Of a DNA stretch of 64,000 nt, positions 36,002 through 46,249 are shown piece by piece (within the stretch, counting starts at the first letter, position 1; each line of letters begins with the position of its first letter). Where the stretch lies: the sequence record PQ850594.1, one strand, 5' to 3'. The DNA is from Escherichia phage AnnaHegner_Bas87. Both the position numbers and the translations under genes were made by a program. Below the pieces are notes generated by a model. That model was not told the origin of the DNA. It saw nothing but the letters and a program-made list of their open reading frames with translations, and ran no database searches.

Positions 36002-37785
36002 GGACGTGCCTCCCCTTCTTGTGAAAGTAAGGAAGCTGCATCTTCTCCGTTGGTGACTGTAAACGGATTATCTTCATCAACTTCATGATCTTCTCGTTCC
36101 ACAAGACGACCTGTTTCGTTAATGTATTTGGTATAGCAAACCCCTGTCTGTCCATAGTTACGCTCTTTGAGCAGACGTATGATTGACAAGTTTTTACCTA
36201 ACCCATCCGCTTGTTTATTACGTTCGAAACCGATAATACATTGACACCAGCGCATTAATGAACGTGAGCCAGTAAACTGTACTTCTTTAACCTGACCACC
36301 TTCTTCGTGAGGGGCACCGCCCGCCGGAGCATTCAAGTGAGATAACACAAAAGCAGTGAAGTCTAATTCCTTACACATACCAGCAAGCTCTGAAGCAATC
36401 TTACTGATTTCTGTATTCACTTCGGATGGAGTTAAGTGAGATACCAATGCAGTGATGTTATCAAGAATGATAAATTTACACTGATTCTCAACTACCCAAA
36501 AGCGAATACACTGCTTAATGTCTTCCCATTCGTTCTGCCCAAAGTTGTCATACAAGAAAAACTTATCAGCGTATCGAAGTGCTTCATCTCGTAGCTGGCT
36601 TTCTTCGTACTCAACATCTGGTCGGTGGAAAGGTACAGATGCTGACTTACCTGCAATGTTCTTAACAGACATGCCTACCTTCTCTTCCAAGAAGAAGCCA
36701 CCACCATTAAAACCATGCTCAAGGCAAAGCCATGCTACCAGTTCGTGTGCGATTAAGGTTTTACCTGAACCAACACCACCGCCGATTGCAACCATCTCTC
36801 CCCAACGAATACCGAAAGTCATGTCGTTAAGAGTTTTCCACGGATAAGGGATACCCCACTCCGCTTTCTTCAGAGCATCTTCAAGGCAATCAAAAACTGT
36901 AACAGCGCCGGCAGGAGATTCCCGCTTAGCTGAATATTTCAGATTGTTGAAAAGCTCTTGACCTCTCCCTGCAAGTAACATGTCGTTTGCATCTTTGATT
37001 TCCTTTTCTTGTCCGTTATAAGTGAACGTACCTTTTGGAATTCTTGCAAACTTGACATGTGGGTACAGAGAACGACCTTTAGTCAATGCAATCTCTCCTG
37101 CATCATCATTGTCCATGCAGAGTACAATCTCCTCGAAACCATTAATAAAATCACGATTTCTTGACAACACAGAAGAGATTGAACCTGCACCGAACGGAAG
37201 AGAGACACAAGCAGGTTTGATATTAGTTGCGTTTGTGAACGCAGTAAGTACGTGGAATCCAGACATACAAGAGAGTGGGTCTTCGAAGATGAAGAGCTTC
37301 TTATTGTAAACATCGCCACGTTGTGCTTGAGCCATACCAAATAAGTCGGCTTCTTTCACATTACCTACATAATAGAACTTCTTGCTGTCTAGAAGTTTTA
37401 CTTCATATCCAACAATATTCCCATCACGTTCACGAGGGAAGAAGTAGCTGTCAGGAGTTTGACCATCTGTTTGGCTTAAACCGATACGGCATCCATAACG
37501 TTCAGATACAGCTTTAGGAATTAAGCGACGAGTCAACTCTCCCTGAGGAAGCTCTAAGCAATCGTCTAAGACTTCTCGGAGTTCTTCAGGGGACAGCTCT
37601 TTCTTTTCATTAGGAGTGGGCGTCGTTCCTTTCTCGAAGATTTCATACGCACCACATCTGTTACATGAACCCCACTCCTCACCGGACTCTTCATTTCGGA
37701 AGAGAATCATGTGATTGCGGGTCTTATCACGACCATGAGAGATACACTCTTTACAGCCTGTGTCTCCCAAAATGATCTTTGACAT
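35995..37785 (-). CDS. primase-helicase (T7 gp4-like)
   Basis: N-terminal zinc ribbon CKEC...CNRC, TOPRIM region, DnaB-type Walker [10 protein letters not shown]. Confidence 0.85.
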   Translation of the reverse strand: MSKIILGDTGCKECISHGRDKTRNHMILFRNEESGEEWGSCNRCGAYEIFEKGTTPTPNEKKELSPEELREVLDDCLELPQGELTRRLIPKAVSERYGCRIGLSQTDGQTPDSYFFPRERDGNIVGYEVKLLDSKKFYYVGNVKEADLFGMAQAQRGDVYNKKLFIFEDPLSCMSGFHVLTAFTNATNIKPACVSLPFGAGSISSVLSRNRDFINGFEEIVLCMDNDDAGEIALTKGRSLYPHVKFARIPKGTFTYNGQEKEIKDANDMLLAGRGQELFNNLKYSAKRESPAGAVTVFDCLEDALKKAEWGIPYPWKTLNDMTFGIRWGEMVAIGGGVGSGKTLIAHELVAWLCLEHGFNGGGFFLEEKVGMSVKNIAGKSASVPFHRPDVEYEESQLRDEALRYADKFFLYDNFGQNEWEDIKQCIRFWVVENQCKFIILDNITALVSHLTPSEVNTEISKIASELAGMCKELDFTAFVLSHLNAPAGGAPHEEGGQVKEVQFTGSRSLMRWCQCIIGFERNKQADGLGKNLSIIRLLKERNYGQTGVCYTKYINETGRLVEREDHEVDEDNPFTVTNGEDAASLLSQEGEARPW

Positions 37786-37820
37786 GCTCTATCCTCCTTG
37801 GAATTCCTTGAGCAATCTTC

Positions 37821-38027
37821 TTAATAAAACGATCGTATTTCTTCCCACACGTCATCTTGCAAGTTTCGGAAACCCTGCAAGGTTTGCTTTGTTCTGTGAA
37901 TAAATTCTTCAGAGTGCTTATCAGGTGTGAGCATACTGACAAACTTTTCATAGCGATTAATCTTCCACCGCATCTTTAAGTAGTCAGATTCAAGCTTTCT
38001 TAATTTCTGCCTGTCAGTTACTGTCAT
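37821..38027 (-). CDS. hypothetical small protein
   Basis: start moved to internal Met to limit overlap with the upstream gene. Confidence 0.3.
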   Translation of the reverse strand: MTVTDRQKLRKLESDYLKMRWKINRYEKFVSMLTPDKHSEEFIHRTKQTLQGFRNLQDDVWEEIRSFY

Positions 38028-38445
38028 CCTTCTCACCTGCCAGATATGCTGTCCAGTCACCCGATTCAACCAGAACATCTTGTTCTTCGTCGATGTGATA
38101 AATCCACGCTTCCACAGTTTCGCCGCTGTCCAATAATACTGGAATCAGCGTACGCTTATAAAAGGTGTATGGGTTATCATTGCCACGGTGACCTTCCAGA
38201 CCGTCATATGGGCCTTCCAGACCAGCTTGGGTTGTTTCAAAGACTTCTACACGAACAGGCTTACCATTGCTGTCATGCTCCAAAGATACACTTGGGAAGT
38301 ATGCTGTGCAATACTGATACAGGTTACAGTTGTTTACTGTCCACCCTTCACCAATAGACACACCACCTGCACGAGCATTGATAGCATGGTTGTGTTGACC
38401 TTTTCTCAAGCTTCCGTAAGTTGCAACTAGTACTTTATCAGACAT
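38014..38445 (-). CDS. gamma-glutamyl cyclotransferase-like (AIG2/GGCT fold) protein
   Basis: N-terminal VATYGSLRKGQHNH (YGSL motif). Confidence 0.55.
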   Translation of the reverse strand: MSDKVLVATYGSLRKGQHNHAINARAGGVSIGEGWTVNNCNLYQYCTAYFPSVSLEHDSNGKPVRVEVFETTQAGLEGPYDGLEGHRGNDNPYTFYKRTLIPVLLDSGETVEAWIYHIDEEQDVLVESGDWTAYLAGEKDDSN

Positions 38446-38511
38446 TATATTACCTTTTAGTGTTTCAGTTAAATTCGAACTAGCCTCCTCTTTCGAAGAG
38501 GCTAAAGCAAA

Positions 38512-38697
38512 TCATTCTACTTCGAAGTGTTTGATCACACCAGTCAACACATCAGATTGGAATGTACCCACTAGCTCTGTACCTCGGAAGAAGTTAACAC
38601 TTGTTCCAAGTGATTCAAAGCGATCTGCTTGAATGTCCAGAGATTGAATATTTCCTTCTGCTGACATTGTACGAAACATGATTGTGTATTTATTCAC
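38512..38697 (-). CDS. hypothetical small protein in ligase cluster
   Basis: 61 aa ending in Glu (KHFEVE). Confidence 0.35.
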   Translation of the reverse strand: MNKYTIMFRTMSAEGNIQSLDIQADRFESLGTSVNFFRGTELVGTFQSDVLTGVIKHFEVE

Positions 38698-38936
38698 AGA
38701 CTTGTTACTCCCTTATCTGCTTGTGCAATTGCGATGATACGCTCAGCACATTCCATTGAATATTTATCACCTCGTTTGAGGAAGGTGATGATTGCAGAGA
38801 ACTGATTACCAATCATTCTCTTATTTGTGATACCGAACTCTTCACAGAGTTGGTTGATAGCTTTACGAGAGCCTACAATCAGAGGCTCTTTTTCTTCGGT
38901 CATTCCACGGCTGATCAAATCTTCGATAGACAACAT
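38694..38936 (-). CDS. hypothetical small protein in ligase cluster
   Basis: ORF only. Confidence 0.35.
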   Translation of the reverse strand: MLSIEDLISRGMTEEKEPLIVGSRKAINQLCEEFGITNKRMIGNQFSAIITFLKRGDKYSMECAERIIAIAQADKGVTSL

Positions 38937-38962
38937 TACAAATTCCTTTTTGTTTAATTTAA

Positions 38963-40198
38963 TTACAGAGTTACTGCTACTTCGCTACCTTCAACATTGA
39001 CAGACTCTAACTTGCGAGGGTTATGAATCTGTACCGGATTAACCGGAACGTTCCAACCACTACGGTAGAAGTTACGACCATCACAGAACAAAATGACATT
39101 GGCAGACATTGCATTCGGTTGCAGGTTGTTATGGACATGACGGATATCTGCAATCCAATAACCACGAGACAAAGTGTAACCAGTAGGTGCATTACGAATA
39201 GTTTGAGTATTCATCTGACCTTCCAGTTGCATCTCTTCAGGAACTACATCTACCGAATCAACTGGCTGTGCTACCTGATCTTCCAGTGCAAAGTTTTCAT
39301 CATTAGCGCTTTCGCTGTCATCTACCAACTCACCGTCTCCATCTTCAATCGGAGTCTGGTAAACCACTTTATACTGAGGAGTATAGAGAGGGTTCTGAGC
39401 TTTAACAAACTCAAGGATGTTATGGCGGTAGGTATCCAGAGTTGTACCAGTCAGGCCCGGTGCTGTATTAACTTCCAGTACCCACGCTTCTTGACCTTTG
39501 GTGATAATATCAACTGCACCGAAATCCAGACCCATTGATTCAACAGCTTTCACCGCATTGATCAGAGAGGCGTCATTCGGAGCATCTGTGAAGGAGCTTG
39601 AGTAAACCCAGCCAGTGTGGTGATTACGAATATCTTCACGATAGTTAGGGTCTTCGCGATAACCATTGCGACGAATCTTCTTCTGAACATAGGTGATTAC
39701 ACCTTTGAACACATGGACACGCCACTCACGACGTGGGCCTTGAATGCCTTTAGTGTACAGTTCAGCTCGACCAAGACCATCACCCGGTTCTACAACAACA
39801 ATACCCGAACCAGAGTGACCAGTCAGCTCATGGCGCTCATACACAATATTACCAGTGTTTGACCACTCCTGAGCAGTCTCTTGAACATCTGTGTATTCCA
39901 CAGTTTTAACACCTGCTTGGTCCATCACACTGAAAGCACGACGTTTGTTCGCTGCCATATATAAGGCTGCGGTACGGTTAAGGACGGTTGCAGAACCAAA
40001 GAATGATTCAGGATAGCGACGGTTCCCGTAGTTAACAACCACATCACCTTCACGAGAACGCCAGCGGCTATTCTCTGAAAGAAGACCCATCACGTTAGCA
40101 TTGATGCGTTCATCACGGATAGTATCACTGATAGCAGATACTAGAGCGTTAACAGAATCAGACGGGCCATACGGAAGAACACGGATACGAGTAGTCAT
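38963..40198 (-). CDS. ATP-grasp ligase (RimK/glutathione-synthetase-like) with C-terminal extension
   Basis: EWRVHVFKG ... AWVLEVNTAPGLTG matches ATP-grasp nucleotide-binding strands. Confidence 0.65.
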   Translation of the reverse strand: MTTRIRVLPYGPSDSVNALVSAISDTIRDERINANVMGLLSENSRWRSREGDVVVNYGNRRYPESFFGSATVLNRTAALYMAANKRRAFSVMDQAGVKTVEYTDVQETAQEWSNTGNIVYERHELTGHSGSGIVVVEPGDGLGRAELYTKGIQGPRREWRVHVFKGVITYVQKKIRRNGYREDPNYREDIRNHHTGWVYSSSFTDAPNDASLINAVKAVESMGLDFGAVDIITKGQEAWVLEVNTAPGLTGTTLDTYRHNILEFVKAQNPLYTPQYKVVYQTPIEDGDGELVDDSESANDENFALEDQVAQPVDSVDVVPEEMQLEGQMNTQTIRNAPTGYTLSRGYWIADIRHVHNNLQPNAMSANVILFCDGRNFYRSGWNVPVNPVQIHNPRKLESVNVEGSEVAVTL

Positions 40199-40200
40199 TT

Positions 40201-40431
40201 TTAGATACCTTTTAGTTTAAGAATTTCGTTACGACAGGATTGAATTTTAGCTTCGATTGCCCAATACTCAGCGAACATTTCGTCTTCTTGGGCATCGCTT
40301 GGAGAGTCAATTAAGTTAAAAGCAAACGGATACAGCTTTCGCTGCTCCGTTACCAGTTGTTGAAGTCGGAGTTGTTGATACTCCAGCATTGTCAGGTGAG
40401 GCTTAGCTCCCTTGCTTGACATGAGGCTCAA
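40201..40431 (-). CDS. hypothetical small protein in ligase cluster
   Basis: ORF only. Confidence 0.35.
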   Translation of the reverse strand: MSLMSSKGAKPHLTMLEYQQLRLQQLVTEQRKLYPFAFNLIDSPSDAQEDEMFAEYWAIEAKIQSCRNEILKLKGI

Positions 40432-40636
40432 CTTTAATCCCCTTCATTTTAACATAGTCAGCCAACACGTTATTGATAACGGTTGGAAAAGGGATTTCTA
40501 CTGGAGAGTCAACCAGCTTCCCAATACCTTCTTGCATCCACTTCTGGATTGCTCGGAGGTTATCACATCCTGTGCTTGTCATCGGAATACGGCGGGTAGT
40601 TACCACGTTATCCAACATCAGTTTACGAACTTCCAT
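40403..40636 (-). CDS. hypothetical small protein in ligase cluster
   Basis: ORF only. Confidence 0.35.
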   Translation of the reverse strand: MEVRKLMLDNVVTTRRIPMTSTGCDNLRAIQKWMQEGIGKLVDSPVEIPFPTVINNVLADYVKMKGIKVEPHVKQGS

Positions 40637-40647
40637 AACTATACCTC

Positions 40648-42681
40648 TTAGTGTTTACCTTTACAGTAATCTGAATTACAGATCACCCTGTTTTCTTTGT
40701 TCAGTGAGCAAGTTTCTGCATCACGCCACGGAATTTGTTTATAACAGACTGCACAAAACCCAATTGAAGTCCAGAGGGCTTTTGTAAACTCAGCTGTTCG
40801 TTGTCCATCGTAACTGACAACTGTTTTTCGGAGAGAGGTTGACTTTTCTGGAAATGTCTCCGCTTTCTCAGCGGGTACCTCCTTTGGGGCATTCTTTGGA
40901 CCATAAACAGAGATGGCATAAGTATCACCACCACGTTTTTCCAAATACGAATTAGGAACATCTGCAAGTGTGATGTCCCCTGAACGTTTTGCTGAGCTGA
41001 CCATTACAATCATACGGCTAAGCATACGTTCATCAACACGAACAGCTACTTCAGGACGACGTGGGTTGGTTGTGTCTACTGCTTTAGTCCAAATATAACC
41101 TTCAGATAGAGTAACATTCTTTACTTTATCTTTGATTTCTTTGGAGCAGATATAACAAACGTCTTCACCACGAAGTTTACTCATTTCGTTGTCAAACTCG
41201 AAATCAGTCTTGACTTCACCACAGATAGCACATACACCCAAAGGCACATCTTCTTCCTCTTCAGAGGTTTTAGATAACGCTTCGAAGCATTCTGGATGCC
41301 AGTATGCCTGATAAGCAAACACAGCCTTACGAGCATCTTTCCAGTCAATGTGCTTATCACAACCACCACAGTCACCATGAGAGTGAGATTCCCAGAACTT
41401 ACGAGTGACTTCTACACCATTCTTAGTGATGAAGGAGTCCTCTGCATCAAAAGGGATATCATCATCAAAATCAGCAGTAGTGCTTTGAGGCTCCTTATCT
41501 GTAGCATCAACAAACAGCCCTGAAGTTAGTACGAGGCGAATCATACTGTCCACTTCGGAGATACAAGCGATTGTCCCGCGATATACTACCTTTGGGTTTT
41601 CAAGAGCCTTAAGATATTCATCTTTGGCTACGTTGTGAACATCCCCTTCGACATACTCTTGGGCTTTATCATCGTAGATGTAACCAACCATCTTACCACG
41701 ATCTGTGTTGTTATAAGCATGGAACTCGTGAGGAATAATATCCACACGACCATCACGACGATAAGGAAGACCACGATCGGCAGCCAGTTTGTTCTGGTCT
41801 TCAATCGCTTTACGACGACGAATGTCTCCGCTTGTCACGCCGGGCTTGTCGTCTTTGTTTCCGTAAATGTCGCTTGTGCTGCTGCTTGGTTTGTTTGTCT
41901 GTTGGTTCTGATAAAGAGAGGAGTTCGAGTAATAGCCGCCCCAGCGACTCGTTACCGTAAAAACCGGAAGCTTGTGCTCCACCTCTTGAACCAGAGTCAT
42001 ACGACTGTTAGACACATCAAAGATATACTCAGTTCCCACTTTACACTCGAAGTGGTCATTGATACGGTTCTTGTGGGATTTAGAACGCTCTAAAATCCAC
42101 ATAAGCATAGCTTCTTCAGAAGCCCCAAACCAATCCAAACCACAGCGGGCTAGGTGGAAAGGACGCTCATCATTACGGATAATGTGAAGCGTGTTGTCTT
42201 TAGCATCATGCCAAATCAAAGTGAATGCACCATCCAGTTTTTGGATAGTCTCTGCTGCTCCAATGGTGTTAATTGAGTGGCAGATGTTTTCACTATCAAC
42301 TTCGAAACGCTTACTGTCAGGAAGGAGATCTTGATCTAACAGGGTTCCATTATGAACCAGAGTAATATCCCCGTGAGTAAATGGGTGAGCATTTCGAGCA
42401 TTGACAGCCCCACGAGTGGCATGTCGGCTGTGACCAACAATCCACGAAGGAGGAACTACGTAGTTCGTAAGCCCTTTGGTAATATTTGTATATTCTGTCT
42501 GGAGCATAAAAGCATAAGAAGGAAGAGCTTCTTTATAAGAGAAGACTTGCTTTTCACCTTTACGCTGACCAAACACACCAGTTGAGTGCTGTCCACGGAA
42601 AACACCAGCATACAGAAGTTGGTTGAAAATGTCCAAATCTGCTGAGGTCATGTTGCCGCCAGCTAATACGATACCACAAAT
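40648..42681 (-). CDS. class II glutamine amidotransferase / Ntn-hydrolase-fold protein fused to Cys-rich C-terminal domain
   Basis: GATase-II signature (RGQHSTG, HSRHATRG, HNGTL); upstream in-frame ATT-TGT-GGT-ATC-GTA supplies the CGIV nucleophile, so start set to ATT 42679-42681 with AGGTGG RBS. Confidence 0.65.
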   Translation of the reverse strand: MCGIVLAGGNMTSADLDIFNQLLYAGVFRGQHSTGVFGQRKGEKQVFSYKEALPSYAFMLQTEYTNITKGLTNYVVPPSWIVGHSRHATRGAVNARNAHPFTHGDITLVHNGTLLDQDLLPDSKRFEVDSENICHSINTIGAAETIQKLDGAFTLIWHDAKDNTLHIIRNDERPFHLARCGLDWFGASEEAMLMWILERSKSHKNRINDHFECKVGTEYIFDVSNSRMTLVQEVEHKLPVFTVTSRWGGYYSNSSLYQNQQTNKPSSSTSDIYGNKDDKPGVTSGDIRRRKAIEDQNKLAADRGLPYRRDGRVDIIPHEFHAYNNTDRGKMVGYIYDDKAQEYVEGDVHNVAKDEYLKALENPKVVYRGTIACISEVDSMIRLVLTSGLFVDATDKEPQSTTADFDDDIPFDAEDSFITKNGVEVTRKFWESHSHGDCGGCDKHIDWKDARKAVFAYQAYWHPECFEALSKTSEEEEDVPLGVCAICGEVKTDFEFDNEMSKLRGEDVCYICSKEIKDKVKNVTLSEGYIWTKAVDTTNPRRPEVAVRVDERMLSRMIVMVSSAKRSGDITLADVPNSYLEKRGGDTYAISVYGPKNAPKEVPAEKAETFPEKSTSLRKTVVSYDGQRTAEFTKALWTSIGFCAVCYKQIPWRDAETCSLNKENRVICNSDYCKGKH

Positions 42682-42758
42682 TTTCTAATCCACCTGAAGG
42701 GTAAACCCTTTCATCTAATTAACCTTTAAATGCGCCCTGTATAAGAGCGCCCGTTGTG

Positions 42759-43859
42759 TTACAGTAGTCGTTCTAATTGCATTTCCAGATGGTCTGGAAT
42801 ATAACCAGTGACGTTATCATCACTGCTACCTGATTCACGCATCAATGCAAACATGTGACGAATTTCACGAACCGTTGCGATTCGAGTGCTTTCAATCTGA
42901 GGGGTGTAGTAGGTCATGATCTCTTCGTAGACACTGTTGGCATTACCGCGCACATATCCCAAGAAACCATAGAAGTCATTCATATCACGTAAGTTGATAA
43001 GGACTTCACCATCAGGGCCAGTCTGTTGCACACGAACACGACCAACCAAAGTCACAGATTGCTCACGACAGAAGAGAATATCACGAGCAAGACGATACCC
43101 TTCAGTGAGATCACTGTCTCTTGGAGTATAGTCTAGGGGTAGATGTTGAATCATAGGAGCGAAGCGCAGCTCATTCAACTTCTCAACATAAGCTTCATTG
43201 TCTAAATCTGCATATTCAACAGCCAGTTTCTTGAGAACCAAGAAGCGGTTGACCAGATTCAGAAGTTGGCTCTTTTTCCACTTCGGCTCTGAGATACGGA
43301 ACTCAACAGAACCAAATTGAGATAGAGGCAAAAGATTAAGGGAGGTATATTTATCCCAGCTATTAACAAGAGAGTGGAAGAAAGCTTCCCCGTCTCGGTT
43401 GAACGCTGACGAAGCATTCATAACTTGTGCTTGAACGACAGCAAAAGCTGGACAGAAGTTGCTACGATAGCGATGGTATCCAGAACATTTGAACATCATC
43501 TTTTCATAGAACGTCCATCCAAGAATAACTTTCTTAAGGATGTTACTATCAGCGTCACGCATATCCATATGAACATGAGTGGAGCAGCGCCAAGTTCCCT
43601 CGGCTCCAGAATCCTGTACTGCTTCACTCAGATTGTTAATAGCACGAAGTAATTCTTCACCGTTGTAAGGTCGTGCACATACTAATTCACAACCATCACG
43701 AAGAGAGCCATCTTCAGTACAAACCCACATATCAGCGTCAATGTCAGTTGTACCTTCGACTTCTAACTCAATACCAACACCACACTGAAAAGCAATACTT
43801 GGATGCGGTTCAGATAAGCGAGGGTTACGGTATCCAAAAACTTGTGCTACGGTTGTCAT
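42759..43859 (-). CDS. glutamine-synthetase-like amidoligase (GCS2/YbdK-like carboxylate-amine ligase)
   Basis: GVGIELEVEG N-terminal acidic strand and STHVHMD His motif. Confidence 0.55.
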   Translation of the reverse strand: MTTVAQVFGYRNPRLSEPHPSIAFQCGVGIELEVEGTTDIDADMWVCTEDGSLRDGCELVCARPYNGEELLRAINNLSEAVQDSGAEGTWRCSTHVHMDMRDADSNILKKVILGWTFYEKMMFKCSGYHRYRSNFCPAFAVVQAQVMNASSAFNRDGEAFFHSLVNSWDKYTSLNLLPLSQFGSVEFRISEPKWKKSQLLNLVNRFLVLKKLAVEYADLDNEAYVEKLNELRFAPMIQHLPLDYTPRDSDLTEGYRLARDILFCREQSVTLVGRVRVQQTGPDGEVLINLRDMNDFYGFLGYVRGNANSVYEEIMTYYTPQIESTRIATVREIRHMFALMRESGSSDDNVTGYIPDHLEMQLERLL

Positions 43860-44482
43860 AATGATTCCACCAACTCTACATTATATGATGACAGGTCTGA
43901 AGAAATATGCTTGAACTTCTCCAGAAGGTTTAAAGATTGACGACCATTGTCGCCATAACCAGCTTCAAGAAGCACGTTTCCAACGTAAGCCCCTTTGTAA
44001 TAAACTTTTCCATCGACAGGATTGATATAGATGAAACGAGTAACCAACCCTTCAAACTCTGGATTAAACAGGTTGTACACCAAATCACCCGGAATCGAAC
44101 GTCCGAGAGAAGGTGGAGTACCACGAAGTTTATTCCCCATCAAGCCTTTAGCTCGCTGACGAACAGGGTTGATATGGGTCCAGCTCACCATGTTATTACC
44201 ATGCTGAAGGTATCCTACATCTGGAGACTCCAGAATGAGGCTGTGATCAAACACTGGGATATTACTAACAATCTGACGTTCAAACTGACCTTCGGAGTTT
44301 TTAGTCCAGCGTTCCGCCTCAAACACTAAAGACATTTCAGCGTCGTGTGAGTAGTCGTCAATATCAAAGTTACCTTGCTGACGAACATCAAGCACATATA
44401 GAGGGAGGTTTTTACCATCAGGTGATCGCTGGGCAATCCATGTTCCACAATAATAGTGTTGAAAATCTCTTAACAAGCTCAC
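43856..44482 (-). CDS. hypothetical protein in ligase cluster
   Basis: ORF only; overlaps neighbours by 4 nt. Confidence 0.4.
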   Translation of the reverse strand: MSLLRDFQHYYCGTWIAQRSPDGKNLPLYVLDVRQQGNFDIDDYSHDAEMSLVFEAERWTKNSEGQFERQIVSNIPVFDHSLILESPDVGYLQHGNNMVSWTHINPVRQRAKGLMGNKLRGTPPSLGRSIPGDLVYNLFNPEFEGLVTRFIYINPVDGKVYYKGAYVGNVLLEAGYGDNGRQSLNLLEKFKHISSDLSSYNVELVESL

Positions 44483-44491
44483 AATATCACC

Positions 44492-45298
44492 TTATACAAT
44501 CTGGAGTTTAGAGGAGAATTTATCCGCTTCTTTAACATCGTTACTGTTGATGATGTTGTGAAGCTTTTCAATTGGAAGGCGAGAATGAAGTGACATCAAT
44601 ACTTCCATATCACAGCCTTGAACAACCTTATCAACTTGCTCATAAACAAACTTGCGGGTTGACTTCTCGCCAATCCAGAAGTTAGAAAGAGAACGATATT
44701 CAATACCGTAATCTTTGTAGCGAATGGCAGAAGCCTTTCCGTATAACTCTTTACGACGAGTGTCTTTATCCATGATCACAGCTGGCAAGGACAGGAAGTA
44801 ATCACACAACACACCCAACATCATTTGAGTCTGACGACTAATTTCCAGCGTACCAGTGACGCCAAGGTGAACATGACCGCCAGCAGTACGCAGACCTTTG
44901 TCTGTCGCTACTGGAGATGGGTTTTTCTGACCAGTGAAGGCGTTGAAATCAGGAGTACAACCAAATACAAAAGCTGACGGGTGGAATGATTCAAGCTCTT
45001 CTGAAGTGAACACATGAGAGCTAATCCCAAGCGCTGCTTCCAGACCACGATCATTCAGGATTTTGTTAGTCAGATCAATACCACGCTGAATATTATCATC
45101 AAACGCTTCAAATCCTTTCTGTGGGTTAATATCGAATTCAGCCAGAACGTTGTCTTCTTGAAGACGAACATCAGGGGCCAGATCAATTTTGTTGTCTTTA
45201 GAGCAGCCCAGCTTACCAGCCACAGAGGTGATAATACCAGAAGCAGTACGAACAAACATTTCAGGGTCAGAACCAATAAGGAAAGCACGCTTAGTCAT
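44492..45298 (-). CDS. second amidoligase-like protein (weak)
   Basis: start moved to internal Met (MTKRAFLIGSDPEMF); GSDPEMF acidic strand and GGHVHLGV motif. Confidence 0.4.
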   Translation of the reverse strand: MTKRAFLIGSDPEMFVRTASGIITSVAGKLGCSKDNKIDLAPDVRLQEDNVLAEFDINPQKGFEAFDDNIQRGIDLTNKILNDRGLEAALGISSHVFTSEELESFHPSAFVFGCTPDFNAFTGQKNPSPVATDKGLRTAGGHVHLGVTGTLEISRQTQMMLGVLCDYFLSLPAVIMDKDTRRKELYGKASAIRYKDYGIEYRSLSNFWIGEKSTRKFVYEQVDKVVQGCDMEVLMSLHSRLPIEKLHNIINSNDVKEADKFSSKLQIV

Positions 45299-46241
45299 TG
45301 TAATACTCCACGAGTTCATCAAAAAGGGAAACAACACGAGCACCAGCTTCTTCTGGTGTCATTGAGGAAGGTACTGCTTGCATCAGTCGTTCGATAAAAC
45401 TGCGAACAGTGATTCTGTCCATACGCTGATCTAATACTTCTCGCTTGTGACCTGCACAAGTTGACCAGAGACGCAACCACTCACTCATACTTTCATAATG
45501 GTCAGGGTCTTGGTCACGACGGCGTGCCATACGACGGAGAACTCCATCATTATGGTTTCGTACATAACCATCTCGGTTATCATCAACACCGAACACATTC
45601 TGAACCCATACGTTTTCAGAAAATTCATCAGTGGTGCAAATTAGTGGCAGAAATGCAATTGCACTCATGTCACCATCAAAATAAGTCGCTGCTGACTCAT
45701 CGGTTGAGTCTACGTCATTACTATAACACCAGCGACCAAAGAAGTTACGACTTAAACCAGCTAAGCGTAGAGCTAAACCGATTCGTTGTCGCTTAAGCAA
45801 CTCTTCCTTGTCTTGTACGCCTTCCTGAAGGAACTCCATTCCATTAAAATCACCATCCAAATAACTACGGATGGTCATTAGTCCAGTAAACACCTTGTCT
45901 GCTGGATGGTTTCGAAGGTTCACGGCAATGGAGTTCACCGAAGTGACAGAGAACATATCTTTATAGCAAGACATTGAGTTAAAAATGTCTGTTGCTTCAA
46001 CTAAAGCTCTTTCGATATCTTTAGCCGGCACGCCATAAAAATTGTGAGGCCAGAAGTTAATAACTTCAATTTCTGAAGTTCTGTCACGAAGGCTTGTTCG
46101 GTTACGACTTTCACCGTTAATGTCTGTAACAGAATACATGTGCATACAGTTAAAAGTACCAAAGCAAGCTCTTCCTTTGAACACTGACTCACCGAAATCC
46201 TCTGCCGGTGTTACCGGAGCAATCGATGCGGAGATTGACAT
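45291..46241 (-). CDS. hypothetical protein in ligase cluster
   Basis: ORF only. Confidence 0.4.
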   Translation of the reverse strand: MSISASIAPVTPAEDFGESVFKGRACFGTFNCMHMYSVTDINGESRNRTSLRDRTSEIEVINFWPHNFYGVPAKDIERALVEATDIFNSMSCYKDMFSVTSVNSIAVNLRNHPADKVFTGLMTIRSYLDGDFNGMEFLQEGVQDKEELLKRQRIGLALRLAGLSRNFFGRWCYSNDVDSTDESAATYFDGDMSAIAFLPLICTTDEFSENVWVQNVFGVDDNRDGYVRNHNDGVLRRMARRRDQDPDHYESMSEWLRLWSTCAGHKREVLDQRMDRITVRSFIERLMQAVPSSMTPEEAGARVVSLFDELVEYYND

Positions 46242-46249
46242 ATTCGCCT

